NCBI RefSeq assembly: GCF_009914755.1
Contig: NC_060925.1
Reading direction: 5' to 3' (one strand)
Source of the DNA: the human T2T-CHM13v2.0 reference genome, Homo sapiens
Length of the DNA: 64,000 nucleotides
Below, in pieces: positions 42,701-55,300 of this stretch; position 1 is the stretch's first letter; every line of letters starts with the position of its first letter. The position numbers and the translations under genes were made by a program. Below the pieces are notes generated by a model that made no database searches, was not told the DNA's origin, and was given only the letters and a program-made list of their open reading frames with translations.

Positions 42701-45700
42701 AACGATTCCATTCAAGTCCATTCGATGATTCCATCTGATTCCATTCAATGAATCCATGCGATTCCATTCTATGATGATTCCATTCATTTCCATCTGATGA
42801 TGATTCCATTCGATTCCATTCAATGATTCCTTTCGATTCCATTTGATGATGATTTCAATCAATTTCATTCGATGATTCCATTCGAATCCATTCGATGATG
42901 AGTCCATCCATTTCAATTTCATGATAATTCCATTCGTTTCAATTCGATGGTGTTTCCATTCGATTCCATTCGATGTTGATTCCATTAGTTTCCATTGGAT
43001 GATGATTCCATTCGAGTCCATTCAATGATGATCACATTGGATTTCATTCCATAATTCTATTCGATTTCATTTGATGATGATTCCATCTGATTCCATTTGA
43101 TGATCCCATTCGATTCCATTCGATGATGATTCCATTCGTTTCCATCCGATGATGATTCCATTCGATTCCGTTCAATGATTATTCCATTCGAGTCCATTCG
43201 ATGATTCCATTCGATTCCATTCGATGATGATTGCATTCGAGTCCATGAATTCTTCCATTCCATTCCATTAGATGATTCCATTCGAGTCCGTTCGATGATT
43301 CTCTTCGATTCCATTCGATAATTCCGTTTGATTCCGTTTGATGTTGATTCCATTCGAGTCCATTCGATGATAATTCCATTCGATTCTATGCGATGATTCC
43401 ATTCCATTCCATTTGCAGATGGTTCCATTCGAGACCATTCGTTGATTGCATTCAATTCATTCGATGACGATTCCATTCAATTCCGTTCAATGATTCCATT
43501 AGATTCCATTTGATGATGATTCCATTCGATTCCATTTGATGTTGATTCCATGCGATTCCATTAGAGGATGACTCCTTTCATTTCCATTCAATGAGGATTC
43601 CATTCGGTTCCATTTGATGATGATTCCTTTGAATTCCGTTTGATGACAATTCCATTCAATACCAATTGATGATGGTTATTTTGATTCCATTTGATGATGA
43701 TTACTTTCGATTCCATTTGATCATGATTCCATTCGATTCCACTCGATGATTCCATTCAATGATGATTCCATTCGAGTTCATTGACTATTCCATTCCATTT
43801 CAATCGATGATTCCTTTCAAGTCCATTCGATGATTCTGTTCGATTGCATTCGATTATTCCATTCGATTGCATTTGATAATTCCATTCGATTCCATTTGAG
43901 GATAATTCCATTTGAGTCCATTCGATGATTGTTCCATTCGATTCTATTCGGTGATTCCATTCGATTCCATTTGATAATGATTCCATTCGAGACCATTCGA
44001 TGATTCCATTCAATTCCATTCAGTAATGATTCCATTCGAGTCCATTCAATGATTCCATTCAAGTCCATTCGATGATTCCATCTGATTCCATTCAATGAAT
44101 CCATTCGATTCCATTCTATGATGATTCCATTCATTTCCATCTGATGATGATTCCATTCGATTCCATTCAATGATTCCATTCGATTCCATTTGATGATGAT
44201 TTCAATCAATTTCATTCGATGATTCCATTCGAATCCATTCGATGATGAGTCCATCCATTTCAATTTCATGATAATTCCATTCGTTTCAATTCGATGGAGT
44301 TTCCATTCGATTCCATTCGATGTTGATTCCATTAGTTTCCATTGGATGATGATTCCATTCGAGTCCATTCGATGATGATCACAATGGATTTCATTCCATA
44401 ATTCTATTCGATTCCATTTGATGATGATTCCATCTGATTCCATTTGATGATTCCATTCGTTTCCATCCGATGATGATTCCATTCGATTCCGTTCAATGAT
44501 TATTCCATTCGAGTCCATTCTATGATTCCATTCGATTCCATTCGATGATGATTGCATTCGAGACCATGGATTCTTCCATTCCATTTCATTAGATGATTCC
44601 ATTCGAGTCCATTCGATGATTCTCTTCGATTCCATTCGATAATTCCGTTTGATTCCGTTTGATGTTGATTCCATTCGAGTCCATTCAATGATAATTCCAT
44701 TCGATTCTATGCGATGATTCCATTCCTTTCCATTTGGAGGTGGTTCCATTCGAGACCATTCGTTGATTGCATTCAATTCATTCGATGACGATTCCATTCA
44801 ATTCCGTTCAATGATTCCATTAGATTCCATTTGATGATGATTCCATTCAATTCCATTTGATGATGATTCCATGTGATTCCATTAGATGATGACTCCTTTC
44901 ATTTCCATTCAATGAGGATTCCATTCGGTTCCATTTGATGATGATTCCTTTGAATTCCATTTGATGACAATTCCATTCAATACCAATTGATGATGTTTAT
45001 TTTTGATTCCATTTGATGATGATTATATTCGATTCCATTTGATCATGATTCCATTCGATTCCACTCGATGATTCCATTCGATTCCATTCAATGATTATTC
45101 CATTTGAGTCGATTCGATGACTCCATTCGATTGTATTCGATGGTGATTGAATTCGAGTCCATGGATTAATCCATTGCATTCCATTCGATGATTCCATTCG
45201 AGTCCATTCGATGATTCTATTCGATTGCAGTCGATAATTCCATTCGATTGCATTCGATAAATCCATTTGATTCCATTTGAGGATAATTCCATTTGAGTCC
45301 ATTCGATGATTGTTCCATTCGATTCTATTCGGTGATTCCATTCGACTTCATTTGATAATGATTCCATTCGAGACCATTCGATGATTCTATTCAATTCCAT
45401 TCAGTAATGATTCCATTCGAGTCCATTCAACGATTCCATTCAAGTCCATTCGATGATTCCATCTGATTCCATTCAATGAATCCATGCGATTCCATTCTAT
45501 GATGATTCCATTCATTTCCATCTGATGATGATTCCATTCGATTCCATTCAATGATTCCTTTCGATTCCATTTGATGATGATTTCAATCAATTTCATTCGA
45601 TGATTCCATTCGAATCCATTCGATGATGAGTCCATCCATTTCAATTTCATGATAATTCCATTCGTTTCAATTCGATGGTGTTTCCATTCGATTCCATTCG

Positions 45701-46385
45701 ATGTTGATTCCATTAGTTTCCATTGGATGATGATTCCATTCGAGTCCATTCAATGATGATCACATTGGATTTCATTCCATAATTCTATTCGATTCCATTT
45801 GATGATGATTCCATCTGATTCCATTTGATGATCCCATTCGATTCCATTCGATGATGATTCCATTCGTTTCCATCCGATGATGATTCCATTCGATTCCGTT
45901 CAATGATTATTCCATTCGAGTCCATTCGATGATTCCATTCGATTCCATTCGATTATGATTGCATTCGAGTCCATGAATTCTTCCATGCCATTCCATTAGA
46001 TGATTCCATTCGAGTCCGTTCGATGATTCTCTTCGATTCCATTCGATAATTCCGTTTGATTCCGTTTGATGTTGATTCCATTCGAGTCCATTCGATGATA
46101 ATTCCATTCGATTCTATGCGATGATTCCATTCCATTCCATTTGGAGATGGTTCCATTCGAGACCATTCGTTGATTGCATTCAATTCATTCGATGACGATT
46201 CCATTCAATTCCGTTCAATGATTCCATTAGATTCCATTTGATGATGATTCCATTCGATTCCATTTGATGATGATTCCATGCGATTCCATTAGAGGATGAC
46301 TCCTTTCATTTCCATTCAATGAGGATTCCATTCGGTTCCATTTGATGATGATTCCTTTGAATTCCGTTTGATGACAATTCCATTC
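35476..46385 (+). repeat. 5455-bp tetramer (ABAB) tandem duplication
   Basis: Private SNPs are repeated at offset 5455: TTGCAGATGG (37961/43416), TGCAGTCGAT (39775/45230), CCATGCCATT and GAGTTTCAATT. ORF pairs 35635/41090, 37602/43057 and 38362/43817 agree. Confidence 0.93.
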
Positions 46386-49300
46386 AATACCAATTGATGA
46401 TGGTTATTTTGATTCCATTTGATGATGATTACTTTCGATTCCATTTGATCATGATTCCATTCGATTCCACTCGATGATTCCATTCAATGATGATTCCATT
46501 CGAGTTCATTGACTATTCCATTCCATTTCAATCGATGATTCCTTTCAAGTCCATTCGATGATTCTATTCGATTGCATTCGATTATTCCATTCGATTGCAT
46601 TCGATAATTCCATTCGATTCCATTTGAGGATAATTCCATTTGAGTCCATTCGATGATTGTTCCATTCGATTCTATTCCGTGATTCCATTCGATTCCATTT
46701 GATAATGATTCCATTCGAGACCATTCGATGATTCCATTCAATTCCATTCAATAATGATTCCATTCGAGTCCATTCAATGATTCCATGCAAGTCCATTCGA
46801 TGATTCCATCTGATTCCATTCAATGAATCCATTCGATTCCATTCTATGATGATTCCATTCATTTCCATCTGATGATGATTCCATTCGATTCCATTCAATG
46901 ATTCCATTCGATTCCATTTGATGATGATTTCAAACAATTTCATTCGATGATTCCATTCGAATCCATGCGATGATGAGTCCATCCATTTCTATTTCATGAT
47001 AATTCCATTCGTTTCAATTCGATGGTGTTTCCATTCGATTCCATTCGATGTTGATTCCATTAGTTTCCATTGGATGATGATTCCATTCGAGTCCATTCGA
47101 TGATGATCACAATGGATTTCATTCCATAATTCTATTCGATTCCATTTGATGATGATTCCATCTGATTCCATTTGATGATTCCATTCGTTTCCATCCGATG
47201 ATGATTCTATTCGATTCCGTTCAATGATTATTCCATTCGAGTCCATTCGATGATTCCATTCGATTCCATTCGATGATGATTGCATTCGAGTCCATGGATT
47301 CTTCCGTTCCATTCCATTAGATGATTCCATTCGATTCCATTCGATGATTCTCTTCGATTCCATTCGATAATTCCGTTTGATTCCGTTTGATGTTGATTCC
47401 ATTCGAGTCCATTCGATGATAATTCCATTCGATTCTATGCGATGATTCCATTCCATTCCATTTGGAGGTGGTTCCATTCGAGACCATTCGTTGATTGCAT
47501 TCAATTCATTCGATGACGATTCCATTCAATTCCGTTCAATGATTCCATTAGATTCCATTTGATGATGATTCCATTCGATTCCATTTGATGATGATTCTAT
47601 GCGATTCCATTAGATGATGACTCCTTTCATTTCCATTCAATGAGGATTCCATTCGGTTCCATTTGATGATGATTCCTTTGAATTCCGTTTGATGACAATT
47701 CCATTCAATACCAATTGATGATGGTTATTTTGATTCCATTTGATGATGCTTACTTTCGATTCCATTTGATCATGATTCCATTCGATTCCACTCGATGATT
47801 CCATTCAATGATGATTCCATTCGAGTTCATTGACTATTCCATTCCATTTCAATCGATGATTCCTTTCAAGTCCATTCGATGATTCTATTCGATTGCATTC
47901 GATTATTCCATTTGATTGCATTCGATAATTCCATTCGATTCCATTTGAGGATAATTCCATTTGAGTCCATTTGATGATTGTTCCATTCGATTCTATTCCG
48001 TGATTCCATTCGATTCCATTTGATAATGATTCCATTCGAGACCATTCGATGATTCCATTCAATTCCATTCAATAATGATTCCATTCGAGTCCATTCAATG
48101 ATTCCATTCAATTCCATTCGATGATTCCATCTGATTCCATTCAATGAATCCATTCGATTCCATTCTATGATGATTCCATTCATTTCCATCTGATGATGAT
48201 TCCATTCGATTCCATTCAATGATTCCATTCGATTCCATTTGATGATGATTTCAATCAATTTCATTCGATGATTCCATTCGAATCCATTCGATGATGATTC
48301 CATCCATTTCAATTTCATGATAATTCCATTCGTTTCAATTCGATGGAGTTTCCATTCGATTCCATTCGATGTTGATTCCATTAGTTTCCATTGGATGATG
48401 ATTCCATTCGAGTCCATTCGATGATGATCACAATGGATTTCATTCCATAATTCTATTCGATTCCATTTGATGATGATTCCATCTGATTCCATTTGATGAT
48501 TCCATTCGTTTCCATCCGATGATGATTCCATTCGATTCCGTTCAATGATTATTCCATTCGAGTCCATTCGATGATTCCATTCGATTCCATTCGATGATGA
48601 TTGCATTCGAGTCCATGGATTCTTCCATTCCATTCCATTAGATGATTCCATTCGAGTCCGTTCGATGATTCTCTTCGATTCCATTCGATAATTCCGTTTG
48701 ATTCCGTTTGATGTTGATTCCATTCGAGTCCATTCGATGATAATTCCATTGGATTCTATGCGATGATTCCATTCCATTCCATTTGGAGGTGGTTCCATTC
48801 GAGACCATTCGTTGATTGCATTGAATTCATTCGATGACGATTCCATTCAATTCCGTTTAATGATTCCATTAGATTCCATTTGATGATGATTCCATTCGAT
48901 TCCATTTGATGATGATTCCATGCGATTCCATTAGATGATGACTCCTTTCATTTCCATTCAATGAGGATTCCATTCGGTTTCATTTGATGATGATTCCTTT
49001 GAATTCCGTTTGATGACAATTCCATTCAATACCTATTGATGATGTTTATTTTTGATTCCATTTGATGATGATTACATTCGATTCCATTTGATCATGATTC
49101 CATTCGATTCCACTCGATGATTCCATTCGATTCCATTCAATGATTATTCCATTTGAGTCGATTCGATGACTCCATTCGATTGTATTCGATGGTGATTGAA
49201 TTCGAGTCCATGGATTAATCCATTGCATTCCATTCGATGATTCCATTCGAGTCCATTCGATGATTCTATTCGATTGCATTCGATAATTCCAATCGATTGT

Positions 49301-52300
49301 ATTCGATAAATCCATTTGATTCCATTTGAGGATAATTTCATTTGAGTCCATTCGATGATTGTTCCATTCGATTCTATTCGGTGATTCCATTCGACTTCAT
49401 TTGATAATGATTCCATTCGAGACCATTCGATGATTCTATTCAATTCCATTCCATAATGATTCCATTCGAGTCCATTCAACGATTCCATTCAAGCCCATTC
49501 GATGATTCCATCTGATTCCATTCAATGAATCCATGCGATTCCATTCTATGATGATTCCATTCATTTCCATCTGATGATGATTCCATTCGATTCCATTCAA
49601 TGATTCCTTTCGATTCCATTTGATGATGATTTCAATCAATTTCATTCGATGATTCCATTCGAATCCATTCGATGATGAGTCCATCCATTTCAATTTCATG
49701 ATAATTCCATTCGTTTCAATTCGATGGTGTTTCCATTCGATTCCATTCGATGTTGATTCCATTAGTTTCCATTGGATGATGATTCCATTCGAGTCCATTC
49801 AATGATGATCACATTGGATTTCATTCCATAATTCTATTCGATTCCATTTGATGATGATTCCATCTGATTCCATTTGATGATCCCATTCGATTCCATTCGA
49901 TGATGATTCCATTCGTTTCCATCCGATGATGATTCATTCGATTCCGTTCAATGATTATTCCATTCGAGTCCATTCGATGATTCCATTCGATTCCATTCGA
50001 TGATGATTGCATTCGAGTCCATGGATTCTTCCATTCCATTCCATTAGATGATTCCATTCGAGTCCGTTCGATGATTCTCTTCGATTCCATTCGATAATTC
50101 CGTTTGATTCCGTTTGATGTTGATTCCATTCGAGTCCATTCGATGATAATTCCATTCGATTCTATGCGATGATTCCATTCCATTCCATTTGGAGGTGGTT
50201 CCATTCGAGACCATTCGTTGATTGCATTGAATTCATTCGATGACGATTCCATTCAATTCCGTTCAATGATTCCTTTAGATTCCATTTGATGATGATTCCA
50301 TTCGATTCCATTTGATGATGATTCCATGCGATTCCATTAGATGATGACTCCTTTCATTTCCATTCAATGAGGATTCCATTCGGTTCCATTTGATGATGAT
50401 TCCTTTGAATTCCGTTTGATGACAATTCCATTCAATACCTATTGATGATGTTTATTTTTGATTCCATTTGATGATGATTACATTCGATTCCATTTGATCA
50501 TGTTTCCATTCGATTCCACTCGATGATTCCATTCGATTCCATTCAATGATTATTCCATTTGAGTCGATTCGATGACTCCATTCGATTGTATTCGATGGTG
50601 ATTGAATTCGAGTCCATGGATTAATCCATTGCATTCCACTCGATGATTCCATTCGAGTCCACTCGATGATTCTATTCGATTGCATTCGATAATTCCATTC
50701 GATTGCATTCGATAAATCCATTTGATTCCATTTGAGGATAATTCCATTTGAGTCCATTCGATGATTTTTCCATTCGATTCTATTCGGTGATTCCATTCGA
50801 CTTCATTTGATAATGATTCCATTCGAGACCATTCGATGATTCTATTCAATTCCATTCCATAATGATTCCATTCGAGTCCATTCAACGATTCCATTCAAGC
50901 CCATTCGATGATTCCATCTGATTCCATTCAATGAATCCATGCGATTCCATTCTATGATGATTCCATTCATTTCCATCTGATGATGATTCCATTCGATTCC
51001 ATTCAATGATTCCTTTCGATTCCATTTGATGATGATTTCAATCAATTTCATTCGATGATTCCATTCGAATCCATTCGATGATGAGTCCATCCATTTCAAT
51101 TTCATGATAATTCCATTCGTTTCAATTCGATGGTGTTTCCATTCGATTCCATTCGATGTTGATTCCATTAGTTTCCATTGGATGATGATTCCATTCGAGT
51201 CCATTCAATGATGATCACATTGGATTTCATTCCATAATTCTATTCGATTCCATTTGATGATGATTCCATCTGATTCCATTTGATGATCCCATTCGATTCC
51301 ATTCAATGATGATTCCATTCGTTTCCATCCGATGATGATTCATTCGATTCCGTTCAATGATTATTCCATTCGAGTCCATTCGATGATTCCATTCGATTCC
51401 ATTCGATGATGATTGCATTCGAGTCCATGGATTCTTCCATTCCATTCCATTAGATGATTCCATTCGAGTCCGTTCGATGATTCTCTTCGATTCCATTCGA
51501 TAATTCCGTTTGATTCCGTTTGATGTTGATTCCATTCGAGTCCATTCGATGATAATTCCATTCGATTCTATGCGATGATTCCATTCCATTCCATTTGGAG
51601 GTGGTTCCATTCGAGACCATTCGTTGATTGCATTGAATTCATTCGATGACGATTCCATTCAATTCCGTTCAATGATTCCATTAGATTCCATTTGATGATG
51701 ATTCCATTCGATTCCATTTGATGATGATTCCATGCGATTCCATTAGATGATGACTCCTTTCATTTCCATTCAATGAGGATTCCATTCGGTTCCATTTGAT
51801 GATGATTCCTTTGAATTCCGTTTGATGCCAATTCCATTCAATACCTATTGATGATGTTTATTTTTGATTCCATTTGATGATGATTACATTCGATTCCATT
51901 TGATCATGATTCCATTCGATTTCACTCGATCATTCCATTCGATTCCATTCAATGATTATTCCATTTGAGTCGATTCGATGACTCCATTCGATTGTATTCG
52001 ATGGTGATTGAATTCGAGTCCATGGATTAATCCATTGCATTCCATTCGATGATTCCATTCGAGTCCATTCGATGATTCTATTCGATTGCATTCGATAATT
52101 CCAATCGATTGTATTCGATAAATCCATTTGATTCCATTTGAGGATAATTCCATTTGAGTCCATTCGATGATTGTTCCATTCGATTCTATTCGGTGATTCC
52201 ATTCGACTTCATTTGATAATGATTCCATTCGAGACCATTCGATGATTCTATTCAATTCCATTCAATAATGATTCCATTCGAGTCCATTCAACGATTCCAT

Positions 52301-55300
52301 TCAAGTCCATTCGATGATTCCATCTGATTCTATTCAATGAATCCATGCAATTCCATTCTATGATGATTCCATTCATTTCCATCTGATGATGATTCCATTC
52401 GATTCCATTCAATGATTCCTTTCGATTCCATTTGATGATGATTTCAATCAATTTCATTCGATGATTCCATTCGAATCCATTCGATGATGAGTCCATCCAT
52501 TTCAATTTCATGATAATTCCATTCGTTTCAATTCGATGGTGTTTCCATTCGATTCCATTCGATGTTGATTCCATTAGTTTCCATTGGATGATGATTCCAT
52601 TCGAGTCCGTTCAATGATGATCACTTTGGATTTCATTCCATAATTCTATTCGATTCCATTTGATGATGATTCCATCTGATTCCATTTGATGATCCCATTC
52701 GATTCCATTCGATGATGATTCCATTCGTTTCCATCCGATGATGATTCCATTCGATTCCGTTCAATGATTATTCCATTCGAGTCCATTCGATGATTCCATT
52801 CGATTCCATTCGATGATGATTGCATTCGGGTCCATGGATTCTTCCATTCCATTCCATTAGATGAATCCATTCGAGCCCGTTCGATGATTCTCTTCGATTC
52901 CATTCGATAATTCCGTTTGATTCCGTTTGATGTTGATTCCATTCGAGTCCATTCGATGATAATTCCATTCGATTCTATGCGATGATTCCATTCCATTCCA
53001 TTTGGAGATGGCTCCATTCGAGACCATTCGTTGATTGCATTCAATTCATTCGATGACGATTCCATTCAATTCCGTTCAATGCTTCCGTTATATTCCATTG
53101 GCGATGATTCCATTCGATTCCATTTGATGATGATTCCATGCGATTCCATTAGATGATGACTCCTTTCATTTCCATTCAATGAGGATTCCATTCGGTTCCA
53201 TTTGATGATGATTCCTTTGAATTCCGTTTGATGACAATTCCATTCAATACCAATTGATGATGGTTATTTTGATTCCATTTGATGATGATTACTTTCGATT
53301 CCATTTGATCATGATTCCATTCGATTCCACTCGATGATTCCATTCAATGATGATTCCATTCGAGTTCATTGACTATTCCATTCCATTTCAATCGATGATT
53401 CCTTTCAAGTCCATTCGATGATTCTATTCGATTGCATTCGATTATTCCATTCGATTGCATTCGATAATTCCATTCGATTCCATTTGAGGATATTTCCATT
53501 TGAGTCCATTCGATGATTGTTCCATTCGATTCTATTCGGTGATTCCATTCGATTCCATTTGATAATGATTCCATTCGAGACCATTCGATGATTCCATTCA
53601 ATTCCATTCCATAATGATTCCATTCGAGTCCATTCAACGATTCCATTCAAGTCCATTCGATGATTCCATCTGATTCCATTCAATGAATCCATGCGATTCC
53701 ATTCTATGATGATTCCATTCATTTCCATCTGATGATGATTCCATTCGATTCCATTCAATGATTCCATTCGATTCCATTTGATGATGATTTCAATCAATTT
53801 CGTTCGATGATTCCATTCGAATCCATTCGATGATGAGTCCATCCATTTCAATTTCATGATAATTCCATTCGTTTCAATACGGTGGTGTTTCCATTCGACT
53901 CCAGTCGATGTTGATTCCATTAGTTTCCATTGGATGATGATTCCATTCGAGTCCATTCGATGATGATCACAATGGATTTCATTCCATAATTCTATTCGAT
54001 TCCATTTGATGATGATTCCATCTGATTCCATTTGATGATTCCATTCGTTTCCATCCGATGATGATTCCATTCGATTCCGTTCAATGATTATTCCATTCGA
54101 GTCCAGTCGATGATTCCATTCGATTCCATTCGATGATGATTGCATTCGAGTCCATGGATTCTTCCATTCCATTCCATTAGATGATTCCATTCGAGTCCGT
54201 TCGATGATTCTCTTCGATTCCATTCGATAATTCCGTTTGATTCCGTTTGATGTTGATTCCATTCGAGTCCATTCGATGATAATTCCATTCGATTCTATGC
54301 GATGATTCCATTCCATTCCATTTGGAGGTGGTTCCATTCGAGACCATTCGTTGATTGCATTGAATTCATTCGATGACGATTCCATTCAATTCCGTTCAAT
54401 GATTCCATTAGATTCCATTTGATGATGATTCCATTCGATTCCATTTGATGATGATTCCATGCGATTCCATTAGATGATGACTCCTTTCATTTCCATTCAA
54501 TGAGGATTCCATTCGGTTCCATTTGATGATGATTCCTTTGAATTCCGTTTGATGACAATTCCATTCAATACCTATTGATGATGTTTATTTTTGATGCCAT
54601 TTGATGATGATTACATTCGATTCCATTTGATCATGATTCCATTCGATTCCACTCGATGATTCCATTCGATTCCATTCAATGATTATTCCATTTGAGTCGA
54701 TTCGATGACTCCATTCGATTGTATTCGATGGTGATTGAATTCGAGTCCATGGATTAATCCATTGCATTCCACTCGATGATTCCATTCGAGTCCATTCGAT
54801 GATTCTATTCGATTGCATTCGATAATTCCATTCGATTGCATTCGATATATCCATTTGATTCCATTTGAGGATAATTCCATTTGAGTCCATTCGATGATTG
54901 TTCCATTCGATTCTATTCGGTGATTCCATTCGACTTCATTTGATAATGATTCCATTCGAGACCATTCGATGATTCTATTCAATTCCATTCCATAATGATT
55001 CCATTCGAGTCCATTCAATGATTCCATTCAAGCCCATTCGATGATTCCATCTGATTCCATTCAATGAATCCATGCGATTCCATTCTATGATGATTCCATT
55101 CATTTCCATCTGATGATGATTCCATTCGATTCCATTCAATGATTCCTTTCGATTCCATTTGATGATGATTTCAATCAATTTCATTCGATGATTCCATTCG
55201 AATCCATTCGATGATGAGTCCATCCATTTCAATTTCATGATAATTCCATTCGTTTCAATTCGATGTTGTTTCCATTCGATTCCATTCGATGTTGATTCCA

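Larger units (their letters stand above)
451..46385 (+). repeat. Higher-order AB dimer domain (A ~1321 bp + B ~1407 bp = 2727-2728 bp), 17 dimers including variants
   Basis: The landmark AATACC(A/T)ATTGATGATG occurs at 451, 1795, 3175, 4119, 5526, 6847, 8227, 9548, 10955, 12276, 13683, 15004, 16384, 17705, 19112, 20433, 21840, 23161, 24568, 25888, 27295, 28615, 30022, 31342, 32749, 34069, 35476, 36796, 38203, 39524, 40931, 42251, 43658, 44979 and 46386. Spacing alternates 1320-1321 and 1407, apart from variants of 1344, 1380 and 944. The ORF track recurs at the same 2727/2728 offsets (e.g. 24727, 27454, 30181, 32908, 35635). Confidence 0.95.
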
